Below are positions 24,793 to 32,601 of a stretch of DNA of 39,354 bases, in pieces. Source of the stretch: an uncultured Dehalococcoidales bacterium (GTDB taxonomy: Bacteria > Chloroflexota > Dehalococcoidia > Dehalococcoidales > CAYFFA01); the NCBI GenBank assembly GCA_964342375.1, contig CAYFFA010000002.1, forward strand, positions 1-39,354, given 5' to 3'. Under the pieces are notes generated by a model that did no database searches, was not told the DNA's origin, and saw nothing but the letters and a program-made list of their open reading frames with translations. Numbering within the stretch: the first letter of the stretch is position 1; every line of letters starts with the position of its first letter. Both the position numbers and the translations under genes were made by a program.

Positions 24793-24981
24793 ATGGATTA
24801 CTTATATCTATTATATATAGTAGCGGGATTGGCAGTATTAATTTCCCTCATTGCAGTCAGGTTGCTTGTATCTTTATCCTTAGTGATTGTAACTTCGATA
24901 CTATTAGGAAACTATTTGACGAAGAAAGATTATAAAATAATGGGAGGCAGGGATGCCGGAACTCTTGTCCAACATAATTGA
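24793..24981 (+). CDS. Possible small hydrophobic membrane peptide (62 aa) in an AT-rich insert; overlaps the cobT start by 29 nt
   Basis: The ATG is preceded by GAAGG. About 40 consecutive hydrophobic residues (YLYLLYIVAGLAVLISLIAVRLLVSLSLVIVTSILL) follow. The local sequence is markedly AT-rich relative to its flanks. There is no homology evidence. Confidence 0.3.
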   Translation: MDYLYLLYIVAGLAVLISLIAVRLLVSLSLVIVTSILLGNYLTKKDYKIMGGRDAGTLVQHN

Positions 24982-26023
24982 AATGATAAGACCCCTCGAC
25001 AAGAAAGCAATGGCTGAAGCTCAGGTGCGGCAGGACACTTTGACCAAGCCGCAGGGCAGTCTGAGCAGGCTAGAGGAACTATCTGTTCAATTGGCTGGCA
25101 TTCATGGTAAACCAATCCCTCAAATCAGCCACAAGGCTGTTATCACTATGGCTGGCGACCATGGGGTGGTAGCTGAGGGAATAGGTAACTGGCCCCAGGA
25201 GGTAACATCTCAGATGGTTTACAACTTTCTCGGTGGTGGGGCCGGGATAAATGTGCTTGCCCGCCATGCCGGAGCCAGAATCATTGTGGTTGATATTGGA
25301 GTAGCCACTGAGATGAAGTCCGTTCCCCAACTTATGTCCAGGAAGGTTGCCTCCGGCACTCAGAATATGGCTCTGGGTCCAGCCATGGCTGGGGAGCAGG
25401 CGGTGACGGCAATAGAGACAGGGATTGAAATAGTAACCGCCGAGGCGGCTGAGGGTCTGGATATAGTCGGCACCGGTGATATGGGTATTGGTAATACTAC
25501 TGCCAGCAGTGCCATCTGTGCCGTTATGACCGGGAAATCGGTGGCTGAGGTGACTGGCAGAGGCACCGGCATAGACGATAAACAGTTAGCTCATAAGGTA
25601 GAAGTAATAAACAGGGCTCTGTCGGTGAATCGGCCCGACCTCAGGCAGCCTCTGGATGTGCTGGCAAAGGTGGGCGGCTTTGAGATTGGTGGGCTGGCCG
25701 GAGTTATGCTGGGGGCAGCCGCTCATCGAGTTCCGGTGGTTATCGATGGTTTTATCTCTGGGGCAGCCGCTCTAATTGCCACCGCACTGGCACCAGGACT
25801 AAAAAACTATCTTATTGCGGCTCACGTTTCGGCGGAGGGAGGGCATCCATTATTACTTGAGCATCTGGGGCTCAAACCTTTGCTTAATTTGGGTATGCGC
25901 TTGGGTGAAGGCACCGGTGCCGCCCTGGGAATATTTCTGGCGGAGGCAGCCGCCAGAGTTCTGGCAGAGATGTCTACCTTTGCTGAGGCTGGAGTGTCAG
26001 AGGGGAGTGAATCAGGCGGTTGA
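24953..26023 (+). CDS. cobT: Nicotinate-nucleotide:dimethylbenzimidazole phosphoribosyltransferase
   Basis: The 356-aa protein has LTKPQGSLGRLE-like LTKPQGSLSRLEE, GDMGIGNTT, and MRLGEGTGAA. Confidence 0.9.
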   Translation: MPELLSNIIEMIRPLDKKAMAEAQVRQDTLTKPQGSLSRLEELSVQLAGIHGKPIPQISHKAVITMAGDHGVVAEGIGNWPQEVTSQMVYNFLGGGAGINVLARHAGARIIVVDIGVATEMKSVPQLMSRKVASGTQNMALGPAMAGEQAVTAIETGIEIVTAEAAEGLDIVGTGDMGIGNTTASSAICAVMTGKSVAEVTGRGTGIDDKQLAHKVEVINRALSVNRPDLRQPLDVLAKVGGFEIGGLAGVMLGAAAHRVPVVIDGFISGAAALIATALAPGLKNYLIAAHVSAEGGHPLLLEHLGLKPLLNLGMRLGEGTGAALGIFLAEAAARVLAEMSTFAEAGVSEGSESGG

Positions 26024-26799
26024 GGTTTTTAGCGGCGCTAAAGTTTCTGACCATCGTACCCTTGCCATGGTCACGTGAAGCCAGCCCGGAGGAGTTGGGA
26101 CGCTCCGTGGTTTATTTTCCTGTTGTCGGCATTATTATTGGCGTTATCATGGCTGGTTTGAGCTGGCTGCTGGGTCTGATTTTACCGTCGGCGCTGGTCA
26201 ATGTATTGGTGGTTGTTTACCTGGCAGTGATTAGCGGCGCATTGCACCTCGATGGCTTTGTTGATACCTGCGACGGAATAGCTGGGCACAAGACGGTTGA
26301 AGACAGGTGGCTGGTAATGCACGATAGCCGGGCCGGCGGCTTTGGTATTGCTGGCGTCTGTTTACTGCTGCTGCTCAAGTATATCTCGCTGAATAGCGTG
26401 CCCGGGCAATTGTTGACGGTGACACTCATAGTTGTGCCGGTGATAAGTCGCTGGGCGATGGTCTATGCCCTTTTCGCCTATCCTTATGCTCGGCCATCAG
26501 GTTTGGGAAAAGTATTAAAGCAGGAAACCAATTGGAAGAAGTTTGGCTTGGCAACAGTTATAACCCTAGCGGTGGTTATGGGTTTGACCCAATGGTCAAA
26601 CATTGCTTATTCTTATTTGTCGGTCCTGGCGGTAATAGGCGGCACCTGGATTATAATTATGGCGCTGGCAGCCTATCTGAAACGCAAATTTGCAGGTCTT
26701 ACCGGCGACACCTATGGGGCGATAAACGAGGTGGCCGAGGTCAGCGTTTTTATTCTGGTCAGCCTGCTGGCTCATAACCAGTGGTTGGGGCTGGCCTAG
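26020..26799 (+). CDS. cobS: Adenosylcobinamide-GDP ribazoletransferase (cobalamin 5'-phosphate synthase)
   Basis: The 259-aa membrane protein has LHLDGFVDTCDG and a TGDTYGA motif. Its TTG start overlaps the cobT TGA (TTGA). Confidence 0.9.
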   Translation: MRFLAALKFLTIVPLPWSREASPEELGRSVVYFPVVGIIIGVIMAGLSWLLGLILPSALVNVLVVVYLAVISGALHLDGFVDTCDGIAGHKTVEDRWLVMHDSRAGGFGIAGVCLLLLLKYISLNSVPGQLLTVTLIVVPVISRWAMVYALFAYPYARPSGLGKVLKQETNWKKFGLATVITLAVVMGLTQWSNIAYSYLSVLAVIGGTWIIIMALAAYLKRKFAGLTGDTYGAINEVAEVSVFILVSLLAHNQWLGLA

Positions 26800-26812
26800 C
26801 TGGGAGGGGTAT

Positions 26813-27427
26813 TTGTCCAAACTACTTTTAGCAAGACACGGTGAAACCGAATTAAACAGTGCTCGGATGTTCGTCGGGCATAGCGATGCCGAACTAAGTG
26901 CCCTCGGGCGCAGTCAGGTTGAGAAGTTGCGTGACCGACTGGCAGCGGAGAAGATTGACGTTATTTACTCCAGCGACCTGAGGCGAGCCCTGGCGACCGC
27001 TGAGACTATTGCCTCCGGGCATCGGTTGGAGGTTATCACCTGCCCCGACCTGAGGGAGATTGACTACGGGAAGGTCGAGAAGCTGACATTTGACGAGATA
27101 AGGCGTCTCCATCCTGACGTAGCTGAATTGTGCGTTGACTGGAGTCCCAAGCTCAAGTTCCCCGATGGTGAAAGTGTTAGCGAGCTTGAGGAGCGGGTGA
27201 GCGAATTTCTGGATAGATTGAAGCAACATACCCCGGAGCAGACAGTACTTATCATAGCTCACGGCGGACCGCTGCGACTGATGGTGTGCCATCTGCTGGA
27301 GATAGACCTGTGGCACTGGAGGCAGATTCATCTTGACTTGGCTTCGCTCAGTATAGTGGACACATATCCAGAGATTGCGCTAATAAGATTGTTAAATGAT
27401 ACTTCTCATTTGAGAGGTGTGGCTTAG
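26813..27427 (+). CDS. cobC: Alpha-ribazole-5'-phosphate phosphatase (histidine phosphatase family)
   Basis: It has the LLARHGETELN RHG motif and an internal AHGG. The start is TTG, after GGGAGGGG. Confidence 0.8.
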   Translation: MSKLLLARHGETELNSARMFVGHSDAELSALGRSQVEKLRDRLAAEKIDVIYSSDLRRALATAETIASGHRLEVITCPDLREIDYGKVEKLTFDEIRRLHPDVAELCVDWSPKLKFPDGESVSELEERVSEFLDRLKQHTPEQTVLIIAHGGPLRLMVCHLLEIDLWHWRQIHLDLASLSIVDTYPEIALIRLLNDTSHLRGVA

Positions 27428-27458
27428 AGTCTCAATGCTCGACCATACAGGAGAGAGA

Positions 27459-28031
27459 TTGAGTAAAAAGAGCGTCTTGTTAATTGGCGGCGCCCGCAGC
27501 GGGAAAAGTCGATTTGCCCAGGAGCTCGCCTCAAGGTTGGGTGAGCCGGTCCTCTTTGTGGCTACCGCTGAAGCCGGTGATGAGGAGATGCGCCAGCGCA
27601 TCGAGGAGCATAAGCGGGGAAGGTCAGCGGACTGGAACACCCTTGAAGTCGCCACTCATATAAGCAGTCACATTGAGCAGAAAATTGGTGGGGCACGGAC
27701 AGTTATTGTTGATTGCATCACCTTGCTGGTTAGTAACGTCCTTGGTCAGTATAGCCACCAGGCTGACGAACAAATTGAGGTCCCTCTTATTGAGAGAGAA
27801 GTCGCCAGTGAGATTGGTGAGCTGGCAGGCTGTATCGACCGGGTAGATGCCAGCTTTATAATCGTTACCAATGAGGTTGGGTTGGGCCTAGTGCCAGCCG
27901 ATAAACCGAGCAGGTTGTACCGCGATTTACTCGGTAAAGCTAACCAGATGTTGGCAGAGAGTGTCGATGAGGTCTACCTGATGGTCGCTGGCTTACCCGT
28001 GCCGATAAAACCGGCCGAACACCCAGGATAA
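27459..28031 (+). CDS. cobU: Bifunctional adenosylcobinamide kinase / cobinamide-phosphate guanylyltransferase
   Basis: It has the LLIGGARSGKS P-loop and VTNEVG. The ORF track starts it at GTG 27417. I prefer the in-frame TTG 27459, with AGGAGA 5-6 nt upstream, which gives the usual short N-terminus (MSKKSVLLIGG...). Confidence 0.85.
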   Translation: MSKKSVLLIGGARSGKSRFAQELASRLGEPVLFVATAEAGDEEMRQRIEEHKRGRSADWNTLEVATHISSHIEQKIGGARTVIVDCITLLVSNVLGQYSHQADEQIEVPLIEREVASEIGELAGCIDRVDASFIIVTNEVGLGLVPADKPSRLYRDLLGKANQMLAESVDEVYLMVAGLPVPIKPAEHPG

Positions 28032-28045
28032 TTAATGAGGTATTA

Positions 28046-28357
28046 TCATCCCTGGCGGCCTAACTCTCTCCTTACTGATTCCACCTTACCGCTCATGCTC
28101 GATGCTCTATCTCGCCTGTCGTCGATTTTAATTGTGGTTAGTACCCTCACCGCTCCGGCATCAAAGATTGCCTCGTGCATCTTGCGTGCTAAGGTCAGAA
28201 GCCGCTCCAAATCACCCTCGATAATCGTTCCCATTGACGTTAGTTCATACTTTATGTCTTGTTCCTCATCCAACACCTTTGCCGCTCGGGCTACATATCG
28301 GCTGAGCGAAGCGGTTTCCGTTCCCAAAGGGACAGTGCCGACCTCAATTATTGCCAT
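28046..28357 (-). CDS. MTH1187/YkoF-family (DUF77, thiamine/HMP-binding-like) small protein
   Basis: It has MAIIEVGTVPLGT..SLS.YVA......L......YELTSMGTIIEG, a pattern typical of the family. GGGAGG lies 8 nt before ATG 28357. The GTG at 28366 sits inside that SD. Confidence 0.8.
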   Translation of the reverse strand: MAIIEVGTVPLGTETASLSRYVARAAKVLDEEQDIKYELTSMGTIIEGDLERLLTLARKMHEAIFDAGAVRVLTTIKIDDRRDRASSMSGKVESVRRELGRQG

Positions 28358-28389
28358 GTTTCTCACCTCCCACTTGCTTTTTCGATTCT

Positions 28390-28419
28390 ATTATAGGGCC
28401 TGCGGATGCTTATCGCCAA
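28390..28419 (-). promoter_or_regulatory. Candidate promoter of the YkoF-like gene
   Basis: The minus strand reads TTGGCG, an 18-nt spacer, then TATAAT (28395-28390), about 33 nt upstream of the ATG. Found by pattern only. Confidence 0.4.
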
Positions 28420-28475
28420 CAATGATACTCTCCATGAGTAGCCCAGGGCGGCGGATAATCTCAACCGCGGCTGTT

Positions 28476-28504
28476 TTTACATATGCTCGAAAACAGGGTA
28501 AAAT
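28476..28504 (+). promoter_or_regulatory. Candidate promoter of the archease-rtcB operon
   Basis: It reads TTTACA (28476-81), a 17-nt spacer, then TAAAAT (28499-504). This predicts a leader of about 125 nt before GTG 28635. Found by pattern only. Confidence 0.4.
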
Positions 28505-28634
28505 GTTTTACCAGCTTTTGATGTATAAACAGGCACTATGAAAAGGGAGACCGAGAGGGATTTTAAAGGGGACAGGTTCCTAAATAATCTCTAAAAGTCA
28601 TGCGTGAAATACGCCTTTGTGATATTATGAATTT

Positions 28635-29045
28635 GTGAGACGCTTTGAGTTAATAGAGCATACGGCTGATACCGGACTGGTTGCTTACGGCAATAACTTA
28701 GCCGAGGCTTTTGCCAATGCTGCTTATGGCCTTTTCTCAATCATTGCCGAGATCGACAACGTAAGAGAGGTAGAATCACGAGAGGTGGAGGTAAGTGCTG
28801 AAGACGTTGACGGACTGCTGTTCGACTGGATTAATCATCTCATCTACGTCTTTGACGTGGAGCATCTTTTGTTCAGAAGGTTTGATATCTTTGACTTTGC
28901 GGAAACCGACCTTAAAGCTACCTGCCGTGGGGAAAAATATGACCCTTCCTGGCACCAGTTGAAGACAGGCGTTAAATCAGCTACCTATCATATGCTCGAA
29001 GTGGATGCGGAGAAAAGCAGGGTTCAGCTTATCTTTGACGTCTAG
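28635..29045 (+). CDS. Archease (RtcB activator/chaperone)
   Basis: The 136-aa protein has the N-terminal (M)RRFELIEHTADTGL hallmark and the C-terminal VKSATYHML motif. It starts with GTG and has no obvious SD. Confidence 0.85.
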   Translation: MRRFELIEHTADTGLVAYGNNLAEAFANAAYGLFSIIAEIDNVREVESREVEVSAEDVDGLLFDWINHLIYVFDVEHLLFRRFDIFDFAETDLKATCRGEKYDPSWHQLKTGVKSATYHMLEVDAEKSRVQLIFDV

Positions 29046-29057
29046 GAGGTGAGGAAC

Positions 29058-30515
29058 ATGACCCGGTGGTCAGGGCGGCTGGAGAAGGTGGACGATTTCC
29101 GGTGGCGAATACCGAAAAGTTATAAAGCCGGGATGCGGGTCGATGGGTTGATATTTGCCAGCCAGAAAGTGCTTGATAGCGTGCTGGAAGAGCAGGCACC
29201 GGAGCAGGTGGCCAATGTTGCCTTTCTGCCTGGCATTGTGGGTCATTCCTTAGCCATGCCGGATATCCACTGGGGCTATGGCTTTCCCATCGGGGGCGTG
29301 GCGGCGATGCGGATGAGTGATGGGGTGGTATCGCCGGGAGGGGTTGGATTTGATATCAACTGCGGCGTTCGGCTGCTGCGCACCAATTTGCAGGAAGTTG
29401 AAGTCAGCCCTGGGATAAAAGAATTGATGGATGCCCTCTATAGAGCTGTTCCCTCCGGGCTTGGTTTGGAGGGTAAAATCCGGCTGCGTTATGGGGAAAT
29501 CGACGAAGTCCTCGTCAGGGGAAGTCGCTGGGCAGTGGAGAAGGGATACGGACGGCGCGAGGATTTGGAGACTACCGAAGAACAAGGGGAGATGTCCGGT
29601 GCTGACCCTGCCCACGTTGGTCGCAAGGCCAAAGAGCGTGGTGTGCCTCAGCTAGGAACATTAGGTTCAGGCAATCACTTCCTTGAGGTCGCCGTGGTTG
29701 ACCAGATACATGATAAGACCATTGCCGGGGATATGGGTATCAACCGGTTAGGACAGGTTATGTTGCTTGTCCACTGTGGTTCACGGGGGTTGGGGCATCA
29801 GGTTGCCGGTGATTATATCGCGGTGATGGTTAACTCCATGAGGAAGTATAATATTGAGCTACCCGACCGCCAGCTGGCCTGTGCGCCGCTCGGTTCTCAG
29901 GAAGGACAGGCATATCTGGCTGCGATGAGGTGTGCTGCCAACTATGCATGGGCTAACCGTCAGTGCATTGCTCACTGGGTCAGGGAGGCTTTCTGCAAGG
30001 TGATGGGAAAGAGCGAAGAGGATGCTGGACTGGAGCTTATCTATGACGTCGCCCACAACATTGCCAAAATAGAGGAACATGAGGTAGATGGCGAACGGGT
30101 TAAGCTGTGTGTTCATCGTAAGGGGGCAATCAGGGCTTTCCCTGCCGGACACCCTGAGGTTCCTCGTAAATATGCCCGCATTGGCCAGCCGGTGTTCGTC
30201 CTTGGGGATATGGGGCGATTCTCCTACGTGCTGGTGGGGACAGAGCAGGCAATGAAAGAGAGCTTCGGCTCCACCTGCCACGGCGCTGGCAGGGTCAAGA
30301 GCCGGACTGCCTCCAAGCGTATGCTCAGAGGCGAGGAGGTACTCAAAGATCTGGAATCCCGGGGCATAACCATCAGGGCAGGCAGCCTGAAGAGCCTGGC
30401 CGAGGAAGCCCCCCATGCTTATAAGGATGTAAGCGAGGTTGTCAGTGTGGCGCATAACGCTGGCATCTCTCAGATTGTTGCTCGTACCAGACCCATAGGG
30501 GTGATAAAAGGCTAA
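29058..30515 (+). CDS. rtcB: RNA-splicing/repair ligase RtcB (3'-phosphate/5'-hydroxyl ligase)
   Basis: It has PDIHWGYGFPIGGV, GFDINCG, GSGNHFLEV, and CHGAGR motifs. AGGAGG lies 8 nt before ATG 29058. The GTG at 29049 in the ORF track lies within the SD. Confidence 0.92.
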   Translation: MTRWSGRLEKVDDFRWRIPKSYKAGMRVDGLIFASQKVLDSVLEEQAPEQVANVAFLPGIVGHSLAMPDIHWGYGFPIGGVAAMRMSDGVVSPGGVGFDINCGVRLLRTNLQEVEVSPGIKELMDALYRAVPSGLGLEGKIRLRYGEIDEVLVRGSRWAVEKGYGRREDLETTEEQGEMSGADPAHVGRKAKERGVPQLGTLGSGNHFLEVAVVDQIHDKTIAGDMGINRLGQVMLLVHCGSRGLGHQVAGDYIAVMVNSMRKYNIELPDRQLACAPLGSQEGQAYLAAMRCAANYAWANRQCIAHWVREAFCKVMGKSEEDAGLELIYDVAHNIAKIEEHEVDGERVKLCVHRKGAIRAFPAGHPEVPRKYARIGQPVFVLGDMGRFSYVLVGTEQAMKESFGSTCHGAGRVKSRTASKRMLRGEEVLKDLESRGITIRAGSLKSLAEEAPHAYKDVSEVVSVAHNAGISQIVARTRPIGVIKG

Positions 30516-30570
30516 TAAAAGTGTTGCCATACAAATTGGGTATAATTACCATATTTAAGAGGAGGAGTAT

Positions 30571-31149
30571 ATGTGGCTTCAAGCCCGGATGTTTCTGCTG
30601 GTTGCAGTTTTATTTGGCATTCTCTATGGCGTAATCACCGGCATAGATACCTGGACAGGGGCCGGGAACGCTGTCTTTTATATTGTCCTAGCCTTTGCCT
30701 TCCTCGGCTTCCAGTATCTGCTTGATCCGATTATAGTTGCCCGGACGATGAAGGTGAAGTGGGTTTCTGAGAAGGAGGAGCCGGAGTTGCACAGGATGGT
30801 GGCTGAACTGGCCAACGGGGCGCATTTGCGTAAGCCTAAAGTCGGGATATCCCAGCTAGCTATACCGAATGCCTTTGCCTTCGGTCGAACGCAGCGGAAC
30901 GGGCATATCTGTGTTACCCGGGGCATCCTGAATCTATTGAGCAAAGACGAACTGAGAGCGGTTCTGGGGCATGAGATATCTCACATCAAGCACCGTGACA
31001 TGGCATTCATCACCCTGCTTTCGGCTATCCCGCTGATAATGTACTGGATTGCCTTGGGATGGTCAAACGGGACGAGGCTACGGCAGGAGTTATTTTCCGG
31101 CTGGGCTAATGCCTCAAATCCAGAGGGAATGGCAGATAATGGCATATAA
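30571..31149 (+). CDS. htpX: HtpX-like M48 zinc metalloprotease, apparently 3'-truncated (192 aa against a canonical length of roughly 280-300 aa)
   Basis: It has two N-terminal TM segments and the HEISH zinc motif at about residue 134. The ORF ends about 55 aa later, overlapping the rhomboid start. The distal TM region and third zinc-ligand region are missing. TATAAT at 30541-46 and AGGAGGA lie upstream. Confidence 0.65.
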   Translation: MWLQARMFLLVAVLFGILYGVITGIDTWTGAGNAVFYIVLAFAFLGFQYLLDPIIVARTMKVKWVSEKEEPELHRMVAELANGAHLRKPKVGISQLAIPNAFAFGRTQRNGHICVTRGILNLLSKDELRAVLGHEISHIKHRDMAFITLLSAIPLIMYWIALGWSNGTRLRQELFSGWANASNPEGMADNGI

Positions 31150-31711
31150 TAGATACCAGGATTTCAAGGCTAATCCCGTATGGGCGATGATACTGATAAA
31201 TTTCCTGATGTTTATAGCCACCCTTATAAACAGGGGGCTTATTATCAATGCTTTCGGTTTACAGCCAGCCGGCTTTACTGCTCACCCCTGGACAATAATA
31301 ACCAGCATGTTTGTCCACGGCGGCTTCTTCCATATCTTTTTTAACATGATAAGTTTCTACTTCTTAGGAACATACCTGTTTAGGATAGTAGGAGAGAACA
31401 AGTTTCTCATCGTTTATTTTGGTGGCGGCATACTGGGCGGTATTTTTTATATACTTTTGGCATTCCCCTTGTCCATAGCCGTTGGTGCCTCCGGGGCTAT
31501 ATTTGCCCTGGGAGGGGCGCTTGCCGTGATGAGACCTAAAATACAGGTAATGGTCTTTCCCATACCGGTGCCTATCCCCCTGTGGATAGCAGTCATTGGA
31601 GGTTTCATCATACTCTCCTTTTTATCCTTTATAGCCTGGCAAGCCCACCTCGGAGGCTTAGTCTTTGGCCTCGTGGCCGGTTATTTCTTCAAGAAACGCT
31701 ATTTCTTCTAA
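31139..31711 (+). CDS. Rhomboid-family intramembrane serine protease
   Basis: It has HGGFFHIFFNM (HxxxxHxxxN), GASGAIFALGG (catalytic Ser) and AHLGGLVFG (catalytic His). The start is placed at ATG 31139 (MAYNRYQ...). The ORF track's 31049 start lies inside htpX. Confidence 0.85.
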   Translation: MAYNRYQDFKANPVWAMILINFLMFIATLINRGLIINAFGLQPAGFTAHPWTIITSMFVHGGFFHIFFNMISFYFLGTYLFRIVGENKFLIVYFGGGILGGIFYILLAFPLSIAVGASGAIFALGGALAVMRPKIQVMVFPIPVPIPLWIAVIGGFIILSFLSFIAWQAHLGGLVFGLVAGYFFKKRYFF

Positions 31712-31844
31712 GTATGTTGATGATGTGGACTATGTGCGCATCTGCATTTCACATCTGCAACAGAAAATAGAGCCAGACCCCGCCCTTCCCAAGTATATCC
31801 TAACCGAATCTGGGGCAGGCTATTACTTCGATAAATCTGGCTGA
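31710..31844 (+). pseudogene. 3'-terminal remnant (about 44 codons) of an OmpR/PhoB-family response regulator (winged-helix end)
   Basis: My translation is KYVDDVDYVRICISHLQQKIEPDPALPKYILTESGAGYYFDKSG*. It matches the family's C-terminal pattern (TVDVHI..LR.KIE.DP..P.YI.T..G.GY.F). No receiver domain or N-terminal part of the DNA-binding domain lies upstream. Confidence 0.55.
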
Positions 31845-31993
31845 TATACTCTTACCGGCCACAGGTCTGTGCGGTATCGTCTTCCTGGCCGACCTCTTGA
31901 ACATAGTCAGTATCGAACTCTATTAAGCCATCGAGGTTTTGTCCATAAATTTATATCATGCGTTGCAATATCGTTTTTGCTATAGCTGAGTTA

Positions 31994-32023
31994 TTGACAA
32001 TTGACTTCTAGTTGTGGTAAACT
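31994..32023 (+). promoter_or_regulatory. Candidate promoter of the str/S10 ribosomal protein operon
   Basis: It reads TTGACA (31994-99), an 18-nt spacer ending in TGG, then TAAACT (32018-23). A second TATAAT lies at 32054-59. Found by pattern only. Confidence 0.4.
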
Positions 32024-32160
32024 CATCCGATAGTGCAGTTTGCAGTTTATCTGATATAATGGAGGGTCGAAATTTAGTACTCAACCCTTCATTATGGCGT
32101 TAAATGGATGAGCCTTAGCTCATCCATTTAGATTGTGTAGAGGAAAGGGAAGAGAAGAGA

Positions 32161-32592
32161 TTGCCTACTATTAATCAGCTCGTCCGTAAAGGTCGCAGGA
32201 CGGTCGCAAAGCAAACTAAAACGCCGGCATTAAGGCTTGGCTATAATGCTTTGAAGAATAAGAGGGTTATGGGTAAAGGCTCTCCGCAGAAGCGAGGGGT
32301 TTGTGTGCAGGTTAAGACTACTACGCCCAAGAAGCCCAATTCAGCACTGCGCAAAATAGCCAGGGTGCGGTTGACAAACGGGATAGAGGTCACAGCTTAT
32401 ATCCCGGGTGAGGGGCATGAGTTACAGGAGCACTCTGTGGTTCTGATTCGCGGTGGGCGGGTGAAGGATTTGCCAGGCGTTCGTTATCATATCGTCCGTG
32501 GGACATTGGATACCAGTGGAGTAGAAAACCGCCGTCAAGGTCGTAGTAAGTATGGCGCTAAACGCGCCAAGGCTCTGGCTGAGAGTGAATAA
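32161..32592 (+). CDS. rpsL: 30S ribosomal protein S12
   Basis: (M)[11 protein letters not shown]..., [10 protein letters not shown], and [13 protein letters not shown] are present. The start is TTG. Confidence 0.97.
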   Translation: MPTINQLVRKGRRTVAKQTKTPALRLGYNALKNKRVMGKGSPQKRGVCVQVKTTTPKKPNSALRKIARVRLTNGIEVTAYIPGEGHELQEHSVVLIRGGRVKDLPGVRYHIVRGTLDTSGVENRRQGRSKYGAKRAKALAESE

Positions 32593-32601
32593 GGGGGTAA
32601 G

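Noticed and set aside
28035-28541. 168-aa + strand ORF
   Set aside because: It lies antisense to the well-supported YkoF/MTH1187-family gene (28046-28357). It has low-complexity S/L-rich composition, no SD and no recognisable motif.
28618-28637. A TATTAT -10-like box ending 7 nt before the archease GTG, suggesting a leaderless mRNA
   Set aside because: It has no acceptable -35. Leaderless translation normally needs AUG. A much better TTTACA-17-TAAAAT promoter lies about 130 nt upstream.
29859-30530. 223-aa - strand ORF
   Set aside because: It is entirely antisense to rtcB, whose translation is strongly conserved. This is a typical shadow ORF of a GC-balanced gene.
32161-32592. A 14-aa insertion in ribosomal protein S12 ([24 protein letters not shown]) relative to E. 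coli, as a novel feature
   Set aside because: As I recall it, the same long form occurs in Bacillus-type S12 (...[23 protein letters not shown]...). This is a known lineage variant, not a novelty.
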